Below are positions 25,813 through 38,384 of a stretch of 64,000 bases of DNA, in pieces (within the stretch, counting starts at the first letter, position 1; every line of letters begins with the position of its first letter). The translations under genes and the position numbers were made by a program. Below the pieces are notes generated by a model. It saw only the letters and a list, made by a program, of their open reading frames with translations. It ran no database searches and was not told where the DNA came from. Source of the stretch: Macrostomum lignano (taxonomy: Eukaryota). The DNA is taken from NCBI GenBank assembly GCA_002269645.1, contig NIVC01000075.1, positions 128,996 to 192,995 on the forward strand, written 5' to 3'.

Positions 25813-28800
25813 TGTGAAAACTCCACTTCGGGGGTAAGACCCCCCCAAAGGCAGAGAGCTTGTATTTAATATAGCTGGCCAACAATAAAGGTTGTCTGAC
25901 AAAGCGTAAGCCAATCACACGCGCGCGTGCAGGTGTACACCTGCACTGTACATTACACTGAGCGGAGCAACTGAGCAGACCCACGCTACCACATCCCTCC
26001 CCATCTACATGGGGATCAGGGATCGCAAGAGAATACATTAGCGCAACACATTATAGTGTGAGGAACAAAAACTCAATACATAACTTAATAATAAATAATA
26101 ATTAACCAGTACCAAAACTACGAAAACGCCAGATAGGAAAGCAACGACACAACAGAATAAGGAAAATAAACCATAACCATAACAAAGTTCAAAATCCAAA
26201 TTTAAACGTCCGAACACTACAGTCAATCAAAATAGTCTCTTTCACAGATGACGTCACCCGTAGCTCAGGCGCTCCGGGGGACGTCGAACTCGCGACGATC
26301 GGCGCAGAGACCCGTCGATCTTAGGGTCTCCAGGAGCAGCCAGGTTTGGCGGCTGGTCTACGGCCGGCATCGCAGCTTCCGGCTCAGGTGCGGCCTTGGC
26401 GTCGGTAGCACCGTCTGTCACGCCAGCTCCTGTAGGCCGCGGCTGCTCAGGACCACCGCGGACATGGTCAACGTGCCGCCGCACCACTCGGTCGTCGCCA
26501 TCGAAGCCGCACAGGTAGGAGGCCGGACCGGCGGCACCGACAACTCGCGCCGGCTTCCACCGACCTCCGTTGGCTCCAAAGTCTCTGGCCAGTACAGCGT
26601 CTCCAGTCTCGAAGGTCCGGAACCGAGCTTTGCAGTCGTGGTGCTCTTTTAGCTGACTTTGCTTACGCTGTACTCTTGCTCCCAGGTCTGGCCGAGCTCG
26701 ATCTAGCAACGTGCACAGTCGCCGTCCCATCAGGAGTTCGCAGGGAGCCACACCAGTTGTCGCATGCGGAGTGACCCGGTAGCTCAGCAGGAACCGGGCG
26801 ACCTTATCCTCCAAGGAGCCTTCGCGCTGCTTCTCCAGGGACCGCTTCAGCGTCTGGACAGCTCGTTCCGCCAGGCCGTTGGACGCCGGATGGTAGGGAG
26901 CAACGCGCACGTGCTGAATGCCGTTCTTCCGCAGAAAGTCGGACATCTCCTCGCTGACCAAGTTGGGCCCATTGTCCGACACCAGCACATCTGGCAACCC
27001 GTGCGTCGCGAAGCTGGAGCGGAGTTTCTGGATGGTGACAGCTGAGGTCGCTGACGTCACCACATGCACATCCAGCCACTTTGAATGGGCATCGACGACG
27101 ACCAGCAGCATCTTGCCAGACACCGGACCCGCATAGTCGATATGCACTCGAGACCACGGTCGGTCAGGCCACGGCCACGCCAACATTGGCGAAGGCGCCG
27201 GGGCGTTCTGCAACTCCTGACAGTCAGAGCAGGCCTTGGCCAGGTTTTCAATCTCCGAGTCTAATCCTGGCCACCAGAAATAACCTCGGGCTAACGTCTT
27301 CATGCGTGACGCCCCCGCATGACCTTGATGCAGCACCTGGAGCAGTGCAGCTCGCGCTCCGACCGGGACCACCACTCGAGCGCCCCACAGGAGGCAGCCG
27401 TCTTGCACACTGAGCTCAGCCGCTCTCTTGGAGTATGGCAGCAGATCGTCACTGACCCGCTCTGGCCAGCCGATTTGCGTGAAGTGCAGAGCTCGGGCTA
27501 GTGTGGGGTCCCTTCGAGTCAGGCCGCGTATCTGAGCTGCCGTGACAGGTCCATCGTCCAGGTGGTCCATCAGCATGACCAGCTCTGCCAGCTTCGGGAC
27601 CGTCGCCGGCTTGTCGGGCAGCGGCAGGCGACTCAGGGCATCGGCGCACAGCAGTGAGGCTCCGGCTCGGTGAACCATGCGGTAGTTATAGCCAGACAGC
27701 AGCAGAGCCCACCTCTGAATTCTTCCAGATGCCAGGGCCGGCACGACCTTGTTCTCAGCAAGCAATCCAAGCAGAGGTTTGTGGCCACTCACCAGCAGAA
27801 ATGGGCGGCCGAACAGGTACGCGTTGAACTTCTTGACCGCAAACACTACCGCGAGGGCTTCCTTCTCGAGCTGCGAGTAGTTTTTCTCAGCGTCATGCAA
27901 CGTACGCGAGGCAAAGGCCACAGGCCGGACAGCTCCATCGATCCTGTGGCTGATGACCGCGCCCAGACCGTAGGGGGACGCGTCGCACTCGAGCAGCAGG
28001 TCTTCGCTCGGGTCAAAGTGCGCCAAAACCGGAGCCGAAGACAGCAGGGCCTTGCACTTCTCAAAAGCGGCGTTCTGAGCAGCGCCCCAGTTCCAGCGGT
28101 GTTGCTCGCGCAGCAGCAGGTGCAGCGGTGCCAGGACTTGAGACAAATTAGGTAGGAACTTGCCATAGTAGTTCACCATGCCTAGGAAGCTGCGCAGCTG
28201 AGTTGCGTCCTTGGGAGCTGGAGCGCTGACAATTGCCTCGACTTTGTCTTTGATCGGGTGCAGGCCGTCGGCATCGATGCGGTGACCGAAATAACTGACG
28301 CTCGTCTGCATGAACTGACACTTCTCCAGTTTGCACCGGAGGCCACTCTGGCTCAGCTTCTCCAGAACCTGCTCCAGGGAGTTCAGATGACTGCTGTCGT
28401 CCTTTCCGGTGATGATGAGGTCATCGATGAAGCAGGCGGTGCTGGTGATTCCTTGCAGCAAGCAGTCCATCCGGCGCTGGAAAATCCCGACCGCTGGCGA
28501 GACACCGAAGGGCAGCCGCGTGTACCGAAGCAGCCCTTTGTGCGTATTGATTGTGCAGACTTCCTGGGAGGCCTCATCGAGTGGCAGCTGCATGTACGCC
28601 TGCGACAAGTCGAGCTTAGTGAAGAGCCGCCCACCAGTCAGCTTCGCGAACAGCTCTTCGATCCGCGGCAGAGGATACGAGTCGGGCTCCACGTTCGGGT
28701 TGACGGTCTGCTTGAAGTCGGCGCAGACCCTCACAGAGCCGTCGGACTTGAGCACTGGCACCACCGGCGATGCGTACTCGGAGTGCTACACGGGCACCAG

Positions 28801-30396
28801 GATTCCTTGTTCGATCTCGCGGTTCAGTTGGCTCTCCACCTTGTCCTTCAAAGCGAATGGGAGATTCCTGGCCTTCATAAAGCGGGGTTGAGCATCGGGT
28901 TTCATATTCAAACTCACTGGCGGTCCGTTGTACTTTCCTAGCTCAGGCGAAAAAACATCGCTGTACTTGTCGAGCAGCTGCTGCAGTCTGGGCGACACCC
29001 CTGGAGCAGCCGCCACCTGCTTGATTGATCTCCAGTCGAGCCGCAACTCGGACAGCCAGTCTCTTCCGAGCAGGTCGGATCCGCAGCCGGCGACCACAAG
29101 GAGGCTGAGTGACTTGGGCGGTGCTTCAGCAGCTTCCACAGCAACGCAGATGCAGCCTTCAATTGGCACTTTCTCACCGGAGTATGTTCGCAGCTGCATG
29201 GACGCAGGCTGCAGTGCTGGCTGGGAGTTGAGCACGGTCCTGTAGGTCTTCGAGGATACAAGGGACACGGAGGCTCCGGTGTCCACTTCCATGACAACAG
29301 GTCGGCCATTGATGCGCACCGTCGTTGTAATTGGCGGCACCTTCGACACTCGCTTGCCGGACAGCTGGTACAGAGAGTGGGCCGTTTCCTCCTCGCAGCT
29401 GTCTTTTTCCTCGCCGTCCTGCATCTGCAGAGCCTCTCTTCTATCGTCCTTCGACTGGGATTTGCAGGCAGCCGCAGTGTGGCCGGTCTTTGAGCACTTG
29501 TAGCACTTCTGGGTGGCGAACGGGCACTTATTAGCGAGATGCTTCGTTGACAGGCACCTGAAGCACCTCCTCGTCGAAGATGACTTCTGCTGTTGCTTGA
29601 CAATGCTGACGGACTCCTGACTGACTGGATCTGGCTTGCTCGCTCCCGACACCAGCTGGCAGCCCTTGGCAGCGGACTCGTGGGCCAGCTTCAATGCCTT
29701 CGCTAGAGTGAGATCGGGCTCCGCCAGCAGCCGCCGCTGAGCGCTGTCGTTGTTGATTCCCAGCACCAGCCTGTCGCGAAGCATCGAAGTCAGGCTGTCG
29801 CCGAACTTGCAGTCGCGAGCCAGGTCTCGGAGGTCTGCGACGAAGTCCGCGACGCCCTCACCTTCCCTGCGATTTCTGGTGTAGAATCGGTAACGATGGA
29901 CGATCTCGGACTCCTCAGGCTCGAAATGGCTCTTAAGTGCTTCGCAAATTTCGGTGTAGCTCTTGGCTGATGGCTGGGCAGGAGACAGAAGACTGAAGGC
30001 CAGATGGAAGACTTTCTTGCCGCATGAACTCAGCATAATCGCTCGCTTTTTCGCTTCCTCAGTGACGTCATTGGCAACAAAATATTGTTCTAACCTTGCT
30101 TGGTACATATGCCACGGCTCAGAGCCTTCTTCGTAGGGGCCGACAAGCCCTAGTGCACTTGCACTACTCATTTGCGCAGGATCGTTTCAGTCTCGTCGCC
30201 ACTGTGAAAACTCCACTTCGGGGATAAGACCCCCCCAAAGGCAGAGAGCTTGTATTTAATATACCAGTAGCTGGCCAACAATAAAGGTTGTCTGACAAAG
30301 CGTAAGCCGTAAGCCAATCACACGCGCGCGTGCAGGTGTACACCTGCACTGTACATTACACTGAGCGGAGCAACTGAGCAGACCCACGCTACCACA
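25813..30396 (-). mobile_element. Full-length Ty3/Gypsy LTR retrotransposon (Mag-like), probably recently inserted but disabled
   Basis: LTRs at 25813-25993 (181 bp) and 30203-30396 (194 bp), both TG...CA; 5-bp TSD CTGAC (25808-25812, 30397-30401); PBS TGGCGACGAG next to the 5' LTR; polypurine tract GATGGGGAGGGA next to the 3' LTR; gag-PR-RT-RH-IN order. Confidence 0.97.
26254..30171 (-). pseudogene. gag-pol polyprotein interrupted by one in-frame TAG at 28786-28788
   Basis: Gag with two CCHC knuckles (CFRCLSTKHLANKC, CYKCSKTGHTAAAC); protease DTGAS; RT LPFG..FIDD; RNase H ECDAS..EKEAL..ADALSR; integrase HHCC and D,D35E (SDNGP); GPY/F-like tail. The two ORFs are in the same frame across the TAG. 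Confidence 0.9.
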
Positions 30397-31165
30397 CTGA
30401 CAGCCCGTATTTCCGACACTTTATATCTCCGACACTCCATATCTCTGACAGCCCGTATCTCCGAAACTTTATATATCCGACACTTCATATCTCCGACACT
30501 ACATATCTCTGACAGCCCGTATCTCCGACACTTCAAATCTCTGACAGCCCGTATCTCCGACACTTTATATCTCCGACACTACATATCTCTGACAGCCCGT
30601 ATCTCCGACACTCCATATCTCTGACAGCCCGTATCTCCGACACTCCTTTTCTCTGACAGCCCGTATCTCCGACACTTTATATCTCCGACACTACATATTT
30701 CTGACAGCCCGTATCTCCGACACTTTATTTCTCCGACACTCCATATCTCTGACAGCCCGTATCTCCGACACTTTATTTCTCCGACACTCCATATCTCTGA
30801 CAGCCCGTATCTCCGACACTCCTTTTCTCTGACAGCCCGTATCTCCGACACTACATATCTCTGACAGCCCGTATCTCCGACACTCCAAATCTCTGACAGC
30901 CCGTATCTCCGACACTTTATATCTCCGACACTCCATATCTCCGACACTTTATATCTCCGACACTCCTTTTCTCTGACAGCCCGTATCTCCGACACTCCTT
31001 TTCTCTGACAGCCCGTATCTCCGACACTTCATATCTCCGACACTCCATATCTCTGACAGCCCGTATCTCCGACACTTCATATCTCCGACACTCTATATAT
31101 CCGACACTTTATATCTTCGACACTTCATATCTCCGACACTCCATATCTTTGAAAGCCGTATCTCC
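30397..31165. repeat. Same ATCTCCGACACT satellite, right part
   Basis: Resumes in register immediately after the TSD. Confidence 0.95.
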
Positions 31166-31859
31166 GACACCTAACAAAACCTAACCGAACCCTAACGGAG
31201 ATACATTTATGAAGTTCGTTGCTAAGCTTGTCAGAGATATGAGGTGTCAGGTCTGAGGCGTCGGAGATACCAAGTGTCAGAGGTATGATGTGTCGGAGTT
31301 GTGATGTGTCGGCTGCTAAACGAAGTGTCGGAGATACGAATGCGCGACCCGAGAAAGTCAGGGCCGTTGTGCACCCTGTGTGAGCGTGTGCCTGCGTACA
31401 TGTCCGTGTGCATGTACAGGGCCAGGGGTATGGGCCCGACTGCTTGCCTCCTCGCTTGATTGGCGGCAATGCTTAAAACCCCCCGGCAAACTAAGCAATA
31501 CCTTTCCATGAAAATACGGGCCGAATACATGCATAATTTTGACGGCACAATTGAATGCTGACTTGACACGCTGGCCAGCCCTTATAAAACACTTATAGGA
31601 TGCAACGCCTGCTTAAAATTGATGTCATCATTTGCCAAGTGGCAGAGCAAGAACAAACAGCATTAGAAATGCAAAAGCACATTTATTTGCATATCGACAG
31701 CCTACTGTATGCGATTGGTACACAGATGCCCGGGACTGGGTGAGCATTCAAATGTGTTCGCAATAACCCGACACAGATGCTACTTTATTACGGGTTAAGA
31801 TGCTCCAAAGCGGCCTGCACTGATCATATCATAATGAGAAGCAGTTCCAGGGAAAAAGA

Positions 31860-32860
31860 TAAAAACAAGAACAGGTAGAGAAGGGAAGAATCGGGAGGAA
31901 AAGAGTGGGAAAAGTTAAGAGAAATGAGAAAGAGGAAGAGGAGAGAGAGAGAGAAGGGATATGGAAGGGAGATGGGGAGAGAGAGGATATAGAGGGGAGG
32001 AGAGAGGGGGAGAGAGGGTATAGGGGGGAGAGGGATACGGAGGATATAGAGGGGAGAGGGGGAGAGAGGATATAGAGGGGAGGAAAGGGGAAGAGAGAAA
32101 ACAGAGGAAAGAGGGAGAGAGGATACAGAGGATACATAGGAGAGAGGGAGAGAGAATACAGAGGAGACAGGAAGAGAGGATACAGAGGAGAGAGGGAGAG
32201 AGAGGATATAAAGGGGAGGAGAGAGGGAGAGAGAGGATATAAAGGGGAGGAGAGAGGGAGAGAGAATACAGAGGAGAGAGGAAGACAGGATACAGAGGAG
32301 AGAGGGAGAGAGATGATATAGAGGGGAGGAGAGAGGGAGAGAGAATACAGAGGAGAGAGGAAGAGAGAGGATATAGAGGGGAGGAGAGAGGAAGAGAGAG
32401 GATATAAAGGGGAGGAGAGAGGGAGAGAGAATACAGAGGAGAGAGGAAGACAGGATACAGAGGAGAGAGGGAGAGAGATGATATAGAGGGGAGGAGAGAG
32501 GGAGAGAGAGGATACAGAGGAGAGAGGAAGAGAGGATATAGAGGGGAGGAGAGAGGGAGAGAGAGGATATAGAGGGGAGGAGAGAGGGAGAGAGATGATA
32601 TAGAGGGGAGGAGAGAGGGAGAGAGAGGATACAGAGGAGAGAGGAAGAGAGGATATAGAGGGGAGGAGAGAGGGAGAGAGAGGATATAGAGGGGAGGAGA
32701 GAGGGAGAGGATATAGAGGGGACGAGAGAGGGAGAGAGATGATATACAGGGGAGAGGGGAAGAGAGGATATAGACTCTAGACGGGGGAGAGAGGGAGGAG
32801 AGAGGGCAAGAAGGGACGAAGATAAATAAATAGAACAAAGGAGAGAGGTGAGCAGAAGCA
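31860..32860. repeat. Purine-rich low-complexity repeat (GAGAGGATATAGAGGGGAGGA-like units)
   Basis: Direct. Confidence 0.9.
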
Positions 32861-32937
32861 GGCGAGGAAGACAATAAAAGCAGGGAAAGCTGGAAGAAGC
32901 CGATGCTGTGGAAGCAGCAGACAAGACAGCCAGTACA

Positions 32938-35927
32938 CTATCGCACCAGTTTACTGAGATTGGCAAACCCAGAGCCAACGCAGGTGCACAGCACTTTGTC
33001 GCCGCCCAGTCCGTCGTCGCCAGCCGGTCGGGATTGCAATCGAAACGTGACGCCAAGAAACTGGCGCAACAGTCGCAGCAAGCGGACACTGTGCGGAGTC
33101 AATGGGCCAGTCAGTAATCTGCTGGCATCCCGATCGCACAGGGCCATCAAAGCCAAGGCCAGCGGTTGACTAATTGAGTCAACGCAGCCGCCGCGATAGA
33201 TCTGAAAATTGTTTTTTTTGTATAATGAATCAAAAATTTGTGAAACTCTACTTAGAGTAAAAGTATAGGCAAAAATTGAAATCGAAAACTGAAACCATCC
33301 ATACTTATGTCAATACATTTGTTAATTAAAAAGCGGAAAGGAGCGAGACTTTCAAAAGCTCATTATTTAGAGGACGGCATGTGTGATTTTTTTATACTAC
33401 TGCTGCTACTGCTACTTCTGTAATCTACATATGCCAATCTCTAGAGCAAGTAATGCTCTATGCAACCGAATTGCAGATACTAATTGATTACACCAGCAGA
33501 CGTGCAACCGACAGCTCAGCCGCAGCTATTGCGCGGCGCATTTGAAGGCTGCGTACGGCTGTTCAGTCCAGGGACTGGAGGGTCGCCACACAGCCTCAAT
33601 TACCCCAGCTAATGCTGGCACCCAATCCCATTTTACAGCTGGGTGAACTGAAGCAATGCAGAGTTAAGGTTCCGAATATGTCGAGAATCGAACCCCCGAC
33701 CTTTCAGTCGTGAGTCCGACGCTCTAACCACTAGGCTGCAGAGCTATATATGCAGTATATCCCTAGCAGGAAGCTGAGTTATTGCATCTCCTATTAGACC
33801 TCTTCGCAGAGCAGCTGGGCGGCGGTCAGCCCGACATCCTCGGGCACGGAGGCCTCGGCGACGGCCACTCCGGACGGCCGGCTCATGCACTCGGCCACGT
33901 AGCGACAGCCGTCGCGAGTCTCGGCCACCAGGGTGACGCCAAAGCCGGGCGACTGGCCGCCCCTGGCGCCGGTGCAGTGGTCCGCTGTGAGCAACACGTC
34001 TGGCACCAATCGGCGAAGCAGCTCCTTGGCCGAGACAATCTGGCGGCCGTTCATGCCGGGCGAGACTTTGCAGGTGAAGGACATGCCGCGGATGCGATGG
34101 ATCTTGCCCGGCTGCGTCAGGTCCTGAAGGGGGGGGAAGCAATTGAAAAATATCCAACTATCCCGATAAAAACGGTACCTAGGCCAGGAAGCGTCCCAGA
34201 GTCACTTGCCAGATGTCACGGTACGCCAGAAGTCGCCAAAAAGTCGTCAAGAATTATTTTAAAGACTTTTATTATCTCCGACTCTGGGGTCGAAGAGTCG
34301 TATTCGAGACGTGCTAAGTTTATTACTTTACGAGCTTAGAGTCACAGAGTTGTTTTCAAAGCGCATTTGCATCGCTTGATGAATTTGAGCAGGGATCGGG
34401 CAAACTTTTTCAGCTCAAGGCCAGATAGAGAACCTAGCGCATGACTGCGGGCCAGGGGACGGAAAAGAGAGGAGAAAAGAAGAGAAAAAAGAGAGGAGCG
34501 AAGAGGAGAATAGAGAGTAGATTCAACCAGGGAGCTGAGAAAAAAACCATGAGCTATTGGATTGCTATTGTGAAGTTTCAAAGTACAATGCAATTTTCAG
34601 ATAGAAACGGTGACACGAGGCGAATAATTTAGACTGCATAAGAGGGATAGAACTTGATTAAGAACCCTACGAGTTAACATTTCTCTTTTTTTATGCTTAA
34701 CTAACACTTCATTATCATTTTAAAGTGACCTTGAATGATATGGAGTGACTTTAAATGTCATGAAGTGACTTTGAATGATATGGAGTGACTTTGAATGATA
34801 TGGAGTGACTTTGAATGATATGGAGTGACTTTGATTGATATGGAGTGACTTTGAATGTCCTGGAGTGACTTTGACTGATATGGAGTGACTTTGAATGTCA
34901 TGGAGTGACTTTGAATATCATGGAGTGACTTTGAATGATATGGAGTGACTTTGAATGTCCTGGAGTGACTTTGACTGATATGGAGTGACTTTGAATGTCC
35001 TGGAGTGACTTTGAATGATATGGAGTGACTTTGAATGTCCTGGAGTGACTTTGAATGATATGGAGTGACTTTGAATGTCCTGGAGTGACTTTGAATGATA
35101 TGGAGTGACTTTGAATGTCATGGAGTGACTTTGACTGATATGGAGTGACTTTGAATGTCCTGGAGTGACTTTGAATGATATGGAGTGACTTTAAATGTCA
35201 AGGAGTGACTTTGAATGTCCTGGAGTGACTTTGAATGTTCTGGAGTGACTTTGAATGATATGGAGTGACTTTGAATGTCATGGAGTGACTTTGAATGCCT
35301 TCAGATCTACTTAGAATATAGTAGAAGCTTTGCGGCAACTTTAAAAGCCTTTTTATACTGCAGACCACTTACCAACGGTTTGAGCTTGGACACGGTCGGG
35401 CACTGGAATCGAACTTCGGCCCCGCCAACCGGATGGCAACCACGCCGTTCGAGACTCAACTCGGAGCCCGAATCGCGGCCAAGAAATCGCCGCAGCAACG
35501 GTAGGCAAGAGTAACTAACAGCTTCAACGCTGGGATCCATAGAGTTGTTTGACACGCCAGTCAGTTTAACACTAAGCGACCGCTTGCCAAACGGGCCAAG
35601 CAGCATGAGCGGCTCCAGATAGTAGCCAATGCCCCGCTCAGCACAGCAATCGAATTCGAACTCGCCGCCAGTAAGTATACCCGGCCTGACCAGCACAACA
35701 GTGCCTGTCTCGCTAATTCTAACCATAGTGCCATTGGTAATCTGCTCAATCAAGCGCAGATAGCTGATCTCGAATTCGCGCACGCCGGGATTCTCTAGCT
35801 TAGCTCGAATTGACGAGATTTTCACCGGCTTACCAGTGAGGATTGACAGGGCGATTCGGCTGCGAAATTCTGAACAGCCAACGAACTTTAATAGCTCAGC
35901 TGGGGCCGCGGCAGACGAATTCGACAT
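32938..35927 (-). CDS. RCL1: RNA 3'-terminal phosphate cyclase-like protein (18S rRNA processing), 380 aa; join(35927-35373, 34123-33800, 33201-32938)
   Basis: N-terminus FVGCSEFRSRIALSILTGKPVKI...NPGVREFE, GIGYYLEPL, RIRG, EEIYRGGCVDS, GPLTP, C-terminal CVGSGFANLSK, all typical of RCL1. Two phase-0 GT-AG introns (the intron 2 donor GTCTAA is weak). Confidence 0.93.
33480..33740 (-). mobile_element. tRNA-derived SINE-like element, longer copy, in RCL1 intron 2
   Basis: Shares a 52-bp identical tRNA-like head plus ACAGCTGGGTGAACTGAAGC, GTGCAACCGACA and AATTGATTAC blocks with the 13.3-kb copy. Confidence 0.7.
34725..35297. repeat. 20-bp minisatellite (TGGAGTGACTTTGAATGATA)n in RCL1 intron 1
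   Basis: Tandem periodicity. Confidence 0.95.
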
Positions 35928-36089
35928 CTCAGTGCGGCACCATGAAGCCGAGTAAGGGGAGCTTTTGACTATCTATGCGTGTACTGCAAAATTAATATAT
36001 ACAGCAACACAATATGATATTGTTTAAATGACTGCTGACAGACAGGCAGACAGACTCGAAAATATACATGTCCTACGATAGGCAATACC

Positions 36090-36600
36090 AGACGAAGAGA
36101 GAGAGACAGACAGACAGACAGACAGGCAGGCAGACAGAGAGACAGACAGAGACAGACATACAGAGACAGACATACAGGCAGAGACAGACATACAGGCAGA
36201 GACAGACATACAGGCAGACAGGCTGGCAGGCAGACAGACAGACAGATAGACAGGCAGGCTGGCAGACAGGCAATACATACATACATCATACATTCATACA
36301 GACAGACATACAAACAGACACTGGGAAAGACAGACCACTAACAGACCCGAAAGGACACAATATGGTATTGGCAGACAGTGAGGGACAGAGAGAGACACTT
36401 AAAGACGTTGAGACATGCAGACAGATACTAAAACGGACAGACAGACCTAAAAATACACTTAGAATACGCTAACAGACCCCAAGAGACACTAAAACACATG
36501 CAACCCAAGACACAAAGACAGACAGACAGAACACTATGAAAGACAGGTAGATACATATACAGACAAGCAGACACTAGGATAGACAGACAGACGGTCGGAT
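36090..36600. repeat. Degenerate (GACA)n microsatellite upstream of RCL1
   Basis: Direct. Confidence 0.85.
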
Positions 36601-37394
36601 ACATTACCACCACAAGACTCTATAAAAAGATAAAAATTACCATTAACTGGACAACCCCAGGCAGAAATAGAAATTCATTATCATAATAAGGAAGCTAAAA
36701 ATAGACAAGATTTCCGCAAATGCTTAAATAACCGCATTAATCAAGTGCGAAAGCTATTATATATTTTTCCATGGTATTGTATTACACTGCTACAGCACTG
36801 CTAGGCTTTAAAAAAGATATTAAAATTCATATATAATATATATATGCAGGTATACGCAAGAGTTTAATTACAGCAATAATTCAGCATTAACGCGCGCACG
36901 ATTTATAGCAAATCGAATAGATACGAGCTAGAGCTAGAGGATAAACTCCATCAGCATTGCTGGCAACAGAAGTTGCCGCTACTTTACAACAGATTTTTTG
37001 CGTTTCTTAGAAAAGCATCGAACACTGGTGCATGCAATAACCAAGGCAAAAGAGAAATTTGACGTTTGAAAAAACACACACATTCAGTCAAACAAACAGA
37101 AAAAACGCTATCAAATACACACAGAAGCATTATAGAGAAAGAAAATTTAAGAAAAAACAAATATTTATAGTTGATAAACAAAAAACTAATATTAAACAAA
37201 CACTCTTTCTTTTAAAATACACACAATTTTATACAAGGTTTTTAAGTTTTGCGCATGAGAACAAAAGTTTTAGAACCGATGTTTTTTTCAAAGTAAAGAA
37301 ATTTAAATTAGGCTAAAAGTGCTAAAATTATTAAAAACATTAGAGTAAGTTTGCTGAGGTTTGATTGGATCGGGACGGTCAAGAAAGATCACAT

Positions 37395-37690
37395 GAAGGA
37401 CGGGTAGAGGTTAAAAGTGGGGTTGGTCAGGCCAGTGAAAGATACTGTACACCGAGGGAGGGTAGGGGTTAAAAGTGGGGTTGGTCAGGCCAGTGAAAGA
37501 TACTGTACACCGAGGGAGGGTAGGGGTTAAAAGTGGGGTTGGTCAGGCCAGTGAGAGATACTGTACACTGAGGGAGGGTAGGGGTTAAAAGTGGGGTTGG
37601 TCGGGACATTGAGAGATACTGTACACTGAGGGAGTGGTAGGTGTTAAGAGGGGTAGAGGTTAAACAGGGGGTGGTCGGGGCTATTAAATG
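37395..37690. repeat. 58-bp G-rich tandem repeat, about 4-5 copies
   Basis: GATACTGTAC recurs at 37441, 37499 and 37557. Confidence 0.9.
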
Positions 37691-38384
37691 CCAGGTAAGG
37701 CCTTTAATTGGGGTCGATAATTTATAAGTGGATTTTTTAATTAGAAGCACATATCAAGCATGTAAAGCTGTTAACGCTCAAAGACAGGCATGGTGGATTT
37801 AAGGGCGCTTTTCTCAACCGAGGGGAACAAAATTAAGAACTATATAACGAGGCTGTGACTGCAATTAATCTCCCATACTAAGGACAACAATTGAAAGTTT
37901 ACCGGAATCTATATAGCTATACAATAACTAATATATATAAAATTGAATAAATGTATAGTTTAATTACAAGATTAACGTTGGACTTTGGTTAAGTAAAATA
38001 TAAACCAGACAGGCGCTAAGAGTTGCATCAAAATACATTAAAAAAGAGGCCTTTCAATTGTTGAAATTTTAAATTACAAAATTATCATAGTAAAATGTAA
38101 GAAATATTTAAAGAACTATAGTCTAGAATATATGCGCTACAAAATTTACTTATTTAACTTATTGAACATAAAACAATAAAGTTATTGAACAGATGCAATA
38201 TATCAACTATAGAAATATTTTAAATACATTAACATACAAACTCGAAAACGCTAATGGCAATTTTTAGAGAAAGGTGGATTAAGGTGCAATTTTTTTCGAT
38301 TTGTGACACGTGATGTAGTAGGTGCTGCCATGAATAAATGTTGTACAGGATCAAGTGATGTACTACTGCGGAAGGTAATGCACT

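Noticed and set aside
24200-31165. CRISPR-like array
   Set aside because: There are no unique spacers, the context is eukaryotic, and there are no cas genes; the same applies to all other arrays.
32908-33117. Plus-strand ORF EAADKTAS...WASQ
   Set aside because: It is antisense to the last RCL1 exon, which has clear family motifs.
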